From the NCBI GenBank assembly GCA_003697105.1, contig RFFQ01000134.1:1-46150 (forward strand): 46,150 nt of DNA, written 5' to 3'. The notes below the pieces were generated by a model that did not search any database, was not told where the DNA came from, and saw only the letters and a program-made list of their open reading frames with translations. The first letter of the stretch is position 1. Every line of letters begins with the position of its first letter. Of this stretch, positions 1 to 9,004 are shown piece after piece. Source of the stretch: Gemmatimonadota bacterium. GTDB taxonomy: Bacteria; 4572-55; J002. The position numbers and the translations under genes are program-made.

Positions 1-312
1 CTAAAACCACCCTCTAACACGGATACATAGGAGTCAAGCATCATAATCAACATCCTCATCAAAAATACAAAATAGGGTTCATACTCAAAAGGACACCATC
101 AATCAATAAAAAACCACTTTTCCAGAGTTTTCAGTGTCCATTATAGATTTTCCTCATTTGGTTGTATTAAAGCTAGAGCCGTCTGGAGTTGCCCATCTCC
201 CTGATGTTTTGGAAGCGGTTAAACCCATGCGGCGATTTCATTTTACCAAACCCCTTGCCCTACGGATTGTGTCCGCTAAATCCACAGGAACATGTTTTAC
301 AAGTGCGTAATA

Positions 313-2217
313 TTAGGATTGAACCAAAACCCGTTGATCCCCAATTCGGTATGTCAACCCGATCTTATCATAATATTCTAAAAATGGCACAGAATACTTG
401 CGGCTGGTTTCATCGAGCAAGGTTTTGGCATCGCTCATGGTCATCCTGTCATGCTGGGTTAAGTAATGTTCAATCCGTCGTTTCCCTTCTTCCACAACGT
501 CAGCGTGGGTGATCAGCTTGCTGGTAATCTTAATGAGCCGTCCGCTATCGATCAACGCTGTGAGGATTTCCGTTAGGTCTGGGTCATCGCCAAATTTGGC
601 ATACAGATGATCCTGTTCTGGGGGGGTGAAGCCGGCATCCCGGCAGAATTGTTCAAGGTGTTGGCGTAATTTTTCCTGCGTGGGCGAAAATGTAATCTGG
701 TGCGTTACCAATTGGATTTTATCCTCGTGGATGTTGATACTCCCTTGCTTCATCAGGGCTTTCAGGGCAAAATCCAGAATTTGGGGGCTGAGTGAGGCGG
801 GTAATGCTTTGCTGAGCGCCGCTTTGGGCATTCCCCAGCGCAACGCAAACTGCTGGTGAAACGTTTTGAGTTGGCTCAAGATGGTGCCGGTTACTTCCCG
901 GTAAAAGACAGAATGGAGCCAGATTTTCCCGATGGGTATGATAATGTTCTGGGTGATGAGTGTTTTGCCTTCCTGATGGACGACCGGCAGGTGTAATCCG
1001 AGTTCTCGTGCCACGTTTTCAGGGGTGATGCCGGCATATTTTGCCTGATATATTTTTTGTTCGATGATTTCTTGCGGATCGCCTTTTTCCAATGTTCGCA
1101 GTACGGAAAGGACGTGTTGGTCGGCAGATTTGTGTTTGCGTGGGTTGGGGTCGATAATCATTCCCCCGCCGATGGTGCGGAGCGGTGAATAACTGCGGAT
1201 GACATAGCGGTCACCTCTGGCGGCGATGACCGGGTTTTCCAGCCGGATTTGGACCAACGTATCCTCACCGGGGATCAGGGAGTCCCGCTCCAGCAATGAA
1301 ATCCGCCCCAGCACCTCATTTGTGCCCAGATGAAACCGGATGCGGGTGCGTTGTTTCAGTGCCCGTTCAACCGTTGGGAGCAATTTAAATCGCGCGTCCA
1401 GCATATAGGACATCTGAAACTGACCCGGTTGTACGAGCACACATCCGCGATGGATTTCCAGATGATCCACCCCGTGGATCGCTAAGGCCACGCGCTGGCC
1501 CGCAGCGGCAGATTCAACTTGTTCCCCATGCACTTGAATCGAACGAACGCGGACCTCTTTTTCTTTGGGGAGTAGGGTCAAGGTATCGCCCACATTTACT
1601 CGCCCCGACCAGCAGGTGCCGGTGACGACGGTTCCCGTACCGGTGACGGTAAAACTGCGGTCAATGGGCAACCGGAATGCCCCAGAATCCCGGCGGGGGA
1701 TAATCTCTTGAGCTTCGCGATCCAGTGCCGCCCGAAGTTCCTCAATCCCCATGCCGGTGACGGCACTTACGGCAATCACCGGACTGCGATTTAGAAATGT
1801 TCCTTGGGTGGCAATGTAAATATCATCTTTAATCAGTTCCAGCCAATCTGGATCATCGATCAAGTCCGATTTGGTCAGCACAACGATTCCCCGTTGGATT
1901 TCCAGTAAACGCAGAATATCCAGATGTTCGGTGGTTTGCGGCATCACACCTTCATCGGCGGCGACTACCAGCAAGACCAAATCGATACCGGTCGCTCCGG
2001 CGAGCATATTTTTGATGAAACGTTCGTGCCCCGGCATATCGACAATTCCGGCGTGGATGCCGGAAGGTAACTGTAGCCGGGCAAAACCAATATCAATGGA
2101 GATGCCCCGGTCTTGTTCTTCTTTGAGCCGGTCGGTATTGATGCCGGTCAGCCGGCGCACAAGTTCGGTTTTGCCGTGATCGATATGTCCAGCGGTGCCA
2201 ATAATGATGTGTTTCAT
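313..2217 (-). CDS. selB: Selenocysteine-specific translation elongation factor SelB
   Basis: GTPase motifs GHIDHGKT, RGISIDIGF, DMPGHERF, TKSD; EF-Tu-like barrels; C-terminal winged-helix end SRKYSVPFLEYYDKIGLTYRIGDQR typical of bacterial SelB; 634 aa. Confidence 0.96.
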   Translation of the reverse strand: MKHIIIGTAGHIDHGKTELVRRLTGINTDRLKEEQDRGISIDIGFARLQLPSGIHAGIVDMPGHERFIKNMLAGATGIDLVLLVVAADEGVMPQTTEHLDILRLLEIQRGIVVLTKSDLIDDPDWLELIKDDIYIATQGTFLNRSPVIAVSAVTGMGIEELRAALDREAQEIIPRRDSGAFRLPIDRSFTVTGTGTVVTGTCWSGRVNVGDTLTLLPKEKEVRVRSIQVHGEQVESAAAGQRVALAIHGVDHLEIHRGCVLVQPGQFQMSYMLDARFKLLPTVERALKQRTRIRFHLGTNEVLGRISLLERDSLIPGEDTLVQIRLENPVIAARGDRYVIRSYSPLRTIGGGMIIDPNPRKHKSADQHVLSVLRTLEKGDPQEIIEQKIYQAKYAGITPENVARELGLHLPVVHQEGKTLITQNIIIPIGKIWLHSVFYREVTGTILSQLKTFHQQFALRWGMPKAALSKALPASLSPQILDFALKALMKQGSINIHEDKIQLVTHQITFSPTQEKLRQHLEQFCRDAGFTPPEQDHLYAKFGDDPDLTEILTALIDSGRLIKITSKLITHADVVEEGKRRIEHYLTQHDRMTMSDAKTLLDETSRKYSVPFLEYYDKIGLTYRIGDQRVLVQS

Positions 2218-2226
2218 GGGTTGTTC

Positions 2227-3000
2227 CTAAGACTGAGAGTTCGGGGATTCTGTCCACGGGGATGCCGGAGTGTCAGGTTCCGGTTGGTCTATTTCCCGAG
2301 ATTTGGGGTAACTCCACTGGGCGACAAAGATGCTGATTTCGTACAACCCTAATAACGGGATTGCCATCAAGCACTGGCTGATGATATCCGGGGGGGTCAG
2401 TAATGCTCCCGTAATGAAAATAATAACGACCGCCATGCCGCGTTGCGCTCGCATCACCTGCGGGGATAAAATACCCATTTTTGCTAGAAAAAACGTGACG
2501 ACGGGGAGTTCAAAAATAACCCCGAACGCTAGCAGTAGGCGAGTGGCAAAATTGATGTATTCTCCAATAGCCCATACATCTTGAATGCTTTCAGTGGCGA
2601 ACGAGTGGAGGAAATCCAGCGCAAACGGCATCACCACAACGTAGGCAAAGGTACTGCCCGCCAGAAAAAAACCACCCCCGGCGATCAATACCGGGATGAC
2701 GTATTTTTTTTCGGATTCCAACAGCCCGGGGGCAACGAATTTCCAAATTTGGTAGATCACCGCCGGTAATGCCAGAAAAAATCCACCGGTAATCGCCAAT
2801 TTCAGACGCACGATGAACCCCTCGGTTGGTTTGAGCATTTGCAGTGTCAAATCCTTCGGGACAGGAGTCAGTAAGGCGGAGAGCATCTCTTCCGAGATGA
2901 ACCAGCAGAGTACGGCGCCGATAGCAATTGCACCCAGTGCATAAAATAGCCGCCAGCGCAACTCTTCCAAATGTTCGAGGAGGGTCATTCCTTCAGCCAT
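2227..3000 (-). CDS. tatC: Twin-arginine translocase subunit TatC
   Basis: MTLLEHLEELRWRL, YQIWKFVAPGLLESEKK, FGVIFELP, LTPPD..SQ...AIP...LYEISI; about 6 TM segments. Confidence 0.96.
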   Translation of the reverse strand: MAEGMTLLEHLEELRWRLFYALGAIAIGAVLCWFISEEMLSALLTPVPKDLTLQMLKPTEGFIVRLKLAITGGFFLALPAVIYQIWKFVAPGLLESEKKYVIPVLIAGGGFFLAGSTFAYVVVMPFALDFLHSFATESIQDVWAIGEYINFATRLLLAFGVIFELPVVTFFLAKMGILSPQVMRAQRGMAVVIIFITGALLTPPDIISQCLMAIPLLGLYEISIFVAQWSYPKSREIDQPEPDTPASPWTESPNSQS

Positions 3001-3175
3001 AATCTATATTTATCCTACTAAAAAAATAGCGGTTAAGAAAGCCATGTTCTCACCGCCTGTTGAATACCGTGTAAAATAGGTTTCGTCATTTGGTTGGGGT
3101 TGGTATCCTGAAGAATACTGAAACGTTATTTATGCGGTATTGAATCGGTTTCGTTCTTTGTGTTACGTTGTTTTT

Positions 3176-4246
3176 TTACGACCAAATTCCCGGAATGGGA
3201 GTGCCACAGTGGGGGCAATTTCCATCTGTACCCAACCGGTTTTGTAAGATGTAAAACCCCTGCCGTTCGATCAACAGGGTCTGGCACTGCGGGCAGTACG
3301 TATTTTCCCGGTGATTCACTTGACCGGGTAGGTTACCGGCATAGACAAAATGGAGTCCCGCTTCTTCGCCGGTAGCGACCGCCCGGAGCAACGTTTCCCG
3401 GGGGGTTCTCGTGGGACCGGTCATTTTATAATCCGGATGAAACGCCGTCACATGCCACGGGATGTCCGGGGATAAATCTGCTAAAAATTGAGCAATCTCC
3501 CGCAATTCTTCCGGGGAATCATTAAAATTCGGTACGATGAGGGTCACAATTTCCACCCAAAATTGTTTTTCTACTAACTGTTGGATGGTTGTCAAGACGG
3601 CGTCCAATGTACCGCCGAGCTTGCGATACTGCCGGTCTTGGAACGTTTTCAAATCAACTTTGTACGCCACGACGTACGGGCGAATGTAGTCCAACACCTC
3701 TTCGGTCGCATTACCGTTAGAAACATAGGTACACTTCAAGCCGTGAGGTTGGGCACGTTTGAAAATTTCCACCGCCCATTCACTGGTAATCAGGGGTTCA
3801 TTGTAGGTGCTGGTTAGGATGGGTGCATTGTGTTGAAGGGCAATATCAACGATAGCTTCGGCGGATATTTGCCGGTAATACCCACTGGCGTTTTCATCGC
3901 GTAAGGTCTGGGATGTCAACCAATTTTGGCAGTAACTACAATGCAGATCGCACCCTAACATGCCGAAACTGAGGGCTTTTGAGCCGGGCAACACATGGAA
4001 AAACGGTTTTTTTTCAACCGGATCGACTTGTAACCCGGCAACGTAGCCGTGGGGGACTTTGAGTACCCCTCCCGCATTGAATCGGACTTTGCAAATACCG
4101 GGTCGATGGGGAGGGATTTTACAGCAGTGCCCGCAGGCAACACAGCGCACCCAATCTGGCTGGTCCGGTATGGGCGCCCATAGCTCCCCTACAACGGTCT
4201 GCTGGGCAAGACGTTGAAAGAGGGTTGGGTTGGCGGTGGTTGGCAT
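3176..4246 (-). CDS. amrS: AmmeMemoRadiSam system radical SAM enzyme (PflA-like)
   Basis: CxxxCxxC (CDLHCSYCQN), DPVEKKPFFH, TYNEP, AFHPDYKM, N- and C-terminal Cys pairs (CVACGHCC, CPQC..CPHC). Confidence 0.9.
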   Translation of the reverse strand: MPTTANPTLFQRLAQQTVVGELWAPIPDQPDWVRCVACGHCCKIPPHRPGICKVRFNAGGVLKVPHGYVAGLQVDPVEKKPFFHVLPGSKALSFGMLGCDLHCSYCQNWLTSQTLRDENASGYYRQISAEAIVDIALQHNAPILTSTYNEPLITSEWAVEIFKRAQPHGLKCTYVSNGNATEEVLDYIRPYVVAYKVDLKTFQDRQYRKLGGTLDAVLTTIQQLVEKQFWVEIVTLIVPNFNDSPEELREIAQFLADLSPDIPWHVTAFHPDYKMTGPTRTPRETLLRAVATGEEAGLHFVYAGNLPGQVNHRENTYCPQCQTLLIERQGFYILQNRLGTDGNCPHCGTPIPGIWS

Positions 4247-4266
4247 GTTTCACCTTTTGCCATCAA

Positions 4267-4746
4267 TCAATTAAATACTTTTTCGATATTCATTACAATA
4301 AATTCTTCTTCGCCGGCGGGGACTTTTATAGTTACCACTTCACCCCGCTGTTTGGTCATCAGGGATTTGGCAATCGGGGCGGAATAGGCAATGATGTTTT
4401 TCTCCAGATCGTAATCCCCTTCGCCCAAAATGGTATAGGTGATTTCCTCACCGGTATGCAGATTTAGCAGGTGCGCCCGGGTTCCGATACTAATCGTTGT
4501 CCCGGAGATACTGAGGGTTTCGATGAGTTGGGCGCGATTCATTCGCATCATCACATTTTGCAATTTGGTAGCGAAGGTGCGTTGTTTATCCTTGGCGGCA
4601 TCGTATTCTGCATTTTCGCTCAAATCTCCCAAGGCAGCCGCTTTTGAAATCTCTTCTGCGATGGTCGTTTTGAGTTCGCGCTCTAGGTATTGCGCTTCAT
4701 CTTTTAGGCGATTTAGTGTCGCGCGGGTCATGTAGATAGGTTCCAT
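4267..4746 (-). CDS. greA: Transcription elongation factor GreA
   Basis: GDLSENAEYDAAK acidic tip, C-terminal SAPIAKSL..GEVV domain; GGAGG SD upstream. Confidence 0.95.
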   Translation of the reverse strand: MEPIYMTRATLNRLKDEAQYLERELKTTIAEEISKAAALGDLSENAEYDAAKDKQRTFATKLQNVMMRMNRAQLIETLSISGTTISIGTRAHLLNLHTGEEITYTILGEGDYDLEKNIIAYSAPIAKSLMTKQRGEVVTIKVPAGEEEFIVMNIEKVFN

Positions 4747-4770
4747 GATGATCCTCCGGTTTTTCTAGGG

Positions 4771-6426
4771 TTACGATGATTGGATTTCACTCATGCGGAG
4801 CATCTCTCGGACTCGCTGGATTTGGGTCAAGAGAAATCGCTGTTTATCCCACAAGGTGAGATAGTGGGAGTCTTTGGTACCTTTTTCTTCGCGGGCGGCG
4901 GCCATTTCGCGGGTAATTTTGGGCAATTCTTCCATCAGGAGCATTTCAAACCGGTCTTCCATCTCTTTGTATTCGGCGGCGGTGACTTTTTGCTTTTCCA
5001 TACTTTTACGGGAGTGGAGCGCATCCTCAAAATAGTGGGAGAGGGTTTCCAGAATATGCACCCGATTTTGCATTTCGAGGATATCCATCACCTGTTCCTG
5101 ATCGTGGATCCGAATGGAACTGGAGGTAAGGTAGGTTTCCAAGAACTTCTCGACGACGTTATCATCAAATTCCCCAATGAACCGGTTGAGGATGTTTCTA
5201 TTGACCACGAGGGTATAGACGTTCTCACGGGATTTACCGGCGGGTATCCAATCGAGCATATTCACGAGTTTGTAGAGGATCAACTTCATATCCATGTTGT
5301 GGATATGATTTTTTAGGTGCTGGGTTAGGAGTTCCGTTGCCAACCATGTAAACGTATTGGGGTTTTCGGTCACTTGTTCGGCGTACATTTCCAGAGCCAT
5401 GTTGATCTCTTCCCATTTGCCGGCCCGGACGAGTTCTTTCAGCGCCATTCGGCGGATTCGCACCGCGGAAGCCTCTAATGCCGTTAGATAGACATCTGCC
5501 CAGTTGGGCTTTTCCCGCACCAATGTTAGTACTCGTTCCGCATCTGCCGTATAGAGAAGTTTTGAGACATCTACGGCGCCTTCAAACAAGGCTTCACCGG
5601 CTTCGGGTACTCCATGTTGGGGGGATTTTTGGGCGAGTTTTTCTGCTAGAAAATAGGCTTGGATGCGGAGTGCTTTTTCCTCCTCCGTATTCATAATTTG
5701 GTCGGCAAGATAGGTATGACATTGCGCGCGTATTTTATCATCTAGATCGTCAAAATGGTCTTCAATCAACGTTTTGATGATGCGGAGTTTATTCTCAATT
5801 TGATCTTGTTGGAGAAAGCGCTCATAAATTTCTTCGTGGAGGGGCTTCGGAGCTTCGCGGAGGGCGTAGATTTGGCGTTGGCTTTGGGACGTATCAAAGT
5901 GGGGGTCTTCCCGAAGTAAGGGGGTGACGGATCTCCACCATTTGTCCCACTGCTGAGGTTTGAGCAGTTTTTGTTGCACCAACAGCCGCTTAATGTCATC
6001 GGTGCGAGCTTGCCGGTTGAAATCCATCAAGACCAAAGCGACAATATCGGTTGGTTTTTCCTTGACCATCTGTTTGATTTTGTCCGGGTCATCCAGCAAA
6101 GCGGCTCGCAGCCCGTCTGCCGGTATGGGTTCTAGTTTTTCGGCGATTTTCCACGCCATGCCGGTGATGGTCTCCCGTTGGAATTTGACATCGACCGACG
6201 TTTCTGTTGTTCGGAGCACTTTGCCGACACCCCGAATGGTGTGGTACACATAGTCTCCCTCTTTCACGTGTTGGTAAGGCTGAATTTTATCATTTACGAC
6301 ATTCCACGTCAGATAATAGCCTTTTTGGGATGGGAAATCGATAGTGATGCCTTTGCGGTCTGTTTTTACGACCCAACCCTTCCCCAAATCGGGGTGTTCC
6401 ACCCGGTCCCCCGCATGGTATTTCAT
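4771..6426 (-). CDS. GreA-associated-domain protein with tandem Tudor-like N-terminus and degenerate C-terminal GreA coiled coil
   Basis: Two GDxVxH..G.G.V repeats, WDKWW...L..DP.F motif recalling long GreA of chlamydiae/spirochaetes; C-terminal VTAAEYKEME...DKQR aligns by eye with the adjacent GreA N-domain; GGAGGAG SD. Confidence 0.72.
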   Translation of the reverse strand: MKYHAGDRVEHPDLGKGWVVKTDRKGITIDFPSQKGYYLTWNVVNDKIQPYQHVKEGDYVYHTIRGVGKVLRTTETSVDVKFQRETITGMAWKIAEKLEPIPADGLRAALLDDPDKIKQMVKEKPTDIVALVLMDFNRQARTDDIKRLLVQQKLLKPQQWDKWWRSVTPLLREDPHFDTSQSQRQIYALREAPKPLHEEIYERFLQQDQIENKLRIIKTLIEDHFDDLDDKIRAQCHTYLADQIMNTEEEKALRIQAYFLAEKLAQKSPQHGVPEAGEALFEGAVDVSKLLYTADAERVLTLVREKPNWADVYLTALEASAVRIRRMALKELVRAGKWEEINMALEMYAEQVTENPNTFTWLATELLTQHLKNHIHNMDMKLILYKLVNMLDWIPAGKSRENVYTLVVNRNILNRFIGEFDDNVVEKFLETYLTSSSIRIHDQEQVMDILEMQNRVHILETLSHYFEDALHSRKSMEKQKVTAAEYKEMEDRFEMLLMEELPKITREMAAAREEKGTKDSHYLTLWDKQRFLLTQIQRVREMLRMSEIQSS

Positions 6427-6552
6427 AACTCCTCCAAAAATATATCGCGGTTTAGTACACTGTAAACAGGGTTATGTTAGCCCGACATGCTTTATTTTTG
6501 GCACATTCAAGCTCGAAAACCCTAACGTTACACGGTAATTGAGTTTGTTAAA

Positions 6553-6581
6553 ACGGTAGTATATGAACGATAGACTGTCAA
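6553..6581 (-). promoter_or_regulatory. Possible sigma70 promoter for the greA-like/greA/amrS cluster
   Basis: Minus strand TTGACA-17 nt-TACCGT; weak -10. Confidence 0.35.
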
Positions 6582-6672
6582 GTGATTTTTATCCGCCGGA
6601 TGTTCGCCGGTGCGCTGTACTTTGGCAGTGTGTCACGCTGATGTGCATCAAAACTTGGTCTTGTGGGCAACA

Positions 6673-7206
6673 TTATTTCCCGGCGGATTTTGAGTGTTGG
6701 GTTTGTTGTTGGTATGTACGGTAGATGTCCATTCGTTCTTTCATGGTTTTTAATAGCAGTAAAATGAGAGTCCGGTCACTGCTTTCCACGTTATGGATGT
6801 AATCACGCAGATATTCATCTTTAATGGGATGCTCACGCTGATATTGGCGCACTAAACATTCATGCCGTAAATAACGCATTACGCTAATTGCCGCATGATA
6901 CATCACTGAAATATGATCCACCGCGGAGAGTTCATAGGGGGTGATAAAATCCGGAGGGTTAGTCGGATCCCCGCCTAACCCTCGAAAACCAAAATAACGC
7001 GCCTCTTTCAAATGCCCGACCAGTGTTTTTGCCAACTCTAAGAGCTGTTCTGGACCATCCGGTGTGGCATGGAGCTTTTCAAAATGGTGCAGGAGATATT
7101 CAATTTCCTGAGAGGCTTGCTCCAAAAAGTTATCCCGATCCCGTAAAAACGCCGCTCGGTTTTGAAATTGGATGGATGGTATTGCCTGAGGTTCCATATG
7201 GTTCAA
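6673..7206 (-). CDS. Hypothetical helical protein (start may be ATG 7197)
   Basis: 177-aa ORF overlapping the upstream stop; no motif recognised. Confidence 0.65.
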   Translation of the reverse strand: MNHMEPQAIPSIQFQNRAAFLRDRDNFLEQASQEIEYLLHHFEKLHATPDGPEQLLELAKTLVGHLKEARYFGFRGLGGDPTNPPDFITPYELSAVDHISVMYHAAISVMRYLRHECLVRQYQREHPIKDEYLRDYIHNVESSDRTLILLLLKTMKERMDIYRTYQQQTQHSKSAGK

Positions 7207-7547
7207 TCCAGTAGTTCTTCTTTGAGTTCTTGGAGGTGTTTTGACCGCCGTTGGGCACTCATTCCCAGATTGTGACGGGGATAGGCGTTTGCCAGTGTGG
7301 TAAATGTTTCAATTGCATCATCATATCGTTCGAGCTTGGCGAGGGATTCCCCTTTCCAATACATGGCGCGGATTTTGGTTTCGGTATCCAGATTTTCGGT
7401 TGCCAGTGTGGCTTCAAAGCCTTCAAGAGCTTCCCCGTAGGCTTCGTTATAATAATGTTCATTAGCGGTAACAAACACCGGGATCGCTTTTGATTTCGCC
7501 GGTGCTTCCACGGGATGGTTTTCGAGAGGTGTTTCTTTTTCCGTCAT
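7203..7547 (-). CDS. Small TPR protein (CpoB/YfiO-like TPR)
   Basis: AMYWKGESLAKLERYDDAIETFTTLANAYP TPR pattern; AAGGA SD. Confidence 0.75.
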   Translation of the reverse strand: MTEKETPLENHPVEAPAKSKAIPVFVTANEHYYNEAYGEALEGFEATLATENLDTETKIRAMYWKGESLAKLERYDDAIETFTTLANAYPRHNLGMSAQRRSKHLQELKEELLD

Positions 7548-7594
7548 GGTACATCCTTTCTATAGGGTGTGAAATAAAATTTGATTAACTTAAT

Positions 7595-8989
7595 TTAGAA
7601 TTCAGCAGAATTGGGTACTCGCGGGAACGGAATCACATCGCGGATGTTTTTCATTCCGGTGAGATACATCACGGCGCGCTCAAAACCGAGTCCGAAACCT
7701 GCATGGGGTACAGTGCCATATCGCCGTAAATCTAGGTACCACCAATAATCCGGTTGGTGCAACCCCAATTCATCAATGCGTTGGCAGAGGACATCGTAGC
7801 GCTCTTCACGTTGGCTCCCGCCGATGAGTTCTCCCACGCCGGGTACCAGTAAATCCATAGCGGCGACGGTGTTGTTGTCATCGTTGACCCGCATATAAAA
7901 GGCTTTGATGGCTTTTGGATAATTCATTACAAAGACCGGTTTTTTCAACGCAACTTCCGTGAGATAGCGTTCGTGTTCGGTTTGGAGGTCAATACCCCAT
8001 GTGACGGGATAGTCAAATTTCTGGTTAGCTTTTTCCAGCAATTGGATGGCATCGGAATAGTCTAGCCGTTCAAAGCCGCTGTTGAGCATGTGTTCCAGCC
8101 GTTCGATCAGCCCGTTATCAATGAATTTATTGAAAAATTCCATTTCTTCAGGGGCTTTTTCCATCACGTCTTTGACAATATAGCGCACCATGTCCTCTGC
8201 CAGATCGGCATCATCATATAGATCGGCGAAAGCGATTTCTGGCTCAATCATCCACAATTCGGAAATATGGCGGGGCGTGTTGGAGTTTTCTGCCCGAAAA
8301 GCGGGTCCGAAGGTGTACACGTTGGCGAAATTCATACAGAAGGTTTCAACTTCCAGTTGCCCACTCACCGTCAAATTAGTTTCCTTACCGAAAAAATCTT
8401 TAGAGAAATCCACTTCTCCTTTTTCGGTGCGGGGCACGTTCAGCAGATCGAATGTGGTTACCCGGAACATTTCACCGGCGCCTTCGCAATCACTTCCGGT
8501 GATGAGCGGGGTATGCACATAAACAAACCCGCGATCTTGAAAAAAGGAGTGAATGGCGTGGGCAAGTAAACTTCGGACACGAAACACCGCGGTAAAGGTG
8601 TTGGTGCGGGGGCGTAGATGGGCAATGGTTCGTAAAAACTCAAATGAATGGCGCTTTTTCTGTAAAGGGTAGTCCGCATCCGCCAACCCGACGATGGTAA
8701 TTTCGTGAGCTTTAATTTCAAACGCTTGTTTGGCGCCGGGAGATTCGACGACTTCCCCGGTAACTATCAGCGATGAGCCGAGGGTAATTTTAGAGACCGC
8801 TTCAAAATTAGCCAGAGATTCATCAAATACAATTTGGATATTTTTAAAGAAAGAACCGTCGTTGAGTTCAATAAATCCAAACGTTTTGGATAACCGGCTG
8901 GTACGTACCCAACCTTTCAACTGTACGGATTCTCCGATGAGTTTGGTATAAGCTCCTCTAAAAAGCTCTTTTACGGTAATGGGTTTCAC
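7595..8989 (-). CDS. asnS: Asparagine--tRNA ligase
   Basis: GWVRT OB-fold, [58 protein letters not shown]. Confidence 0.97.
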   Translation of the reverse strand: MKPITVKELFRGAYTKLIGESVQLKGWVRTSRLSKTFGFIELNDGSFFKNIQIVFDESLANFEAVSKITLGSSLIVTGEVVESPGAKQAFEIKAHEITIVGLADADYPLQKKRHSFEFLRTIAHLRPRTNTFTAVFRVRSLLAHAIHSFFQDRGFVYVHTPLITGSDCEGAGEMFRVTTFDLLNVPRTEKGEVDFSKDFFGKETNLTVSGQLEVETFCMNFANVYTFGPAFRAENSNTPRHISELWMIEPEIAFADLYDDADLAEDMVRYIVKDVMEKAPEEMEFFNKFIDNGLIERLEHMLNSGFERLDYSDAIQLLEKANQKFDYPVTWGIDLQTEHERYLTEVALKKPVFVMNYPKAIKAFYMRVNDDNNTVAAMDLLVPGVGELIGGSQREERYDVLCQRIDELGLHQPDYWWYLDLRRYGTVPHAGFGLGFERAVMYLTGMKNIRDVIPFPRVPNSAEF

Positions 8990-9004
8990 GCTTCTCCTCC
9001 TGAA

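Noticed and set aside
246-265. REP-like half element (minus strand CCGTAGGGCAAGGGGTTTGG)
   Set aside because: Has a GTAG start, but no complementary arm or second copy was found in the window
1-312. Possible tRNA-Sec (selC) or riboswitch downstream of selB
   Set aside because: No TTCAAA anticodon arm, T-loop GTTCGA or recognisable aptamer on either strand
189-512. 107-aa + strand ORF
   Set aside because: Mostly antisense to the selB 3' end; no motifs
4247-4269. Sec read-through of the greA TGA into amrS
   Set aside because: The 20-nt gap puts amrS out of frame, GreA is complete, and no SECIS-like hairpin was seen
4780-5316. 178-aa + strand ORF and similar shadow ORFs throughout the window
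   Set aside because: Antisense shadows of well-supported genes; no independent coding signals
6499-6512. Sigma54 -24/-12 site TGGCACATTCAAGC
   Set aside because: GG-GC spacing is 9 rather than 10 nt, and it points antisense to local genes
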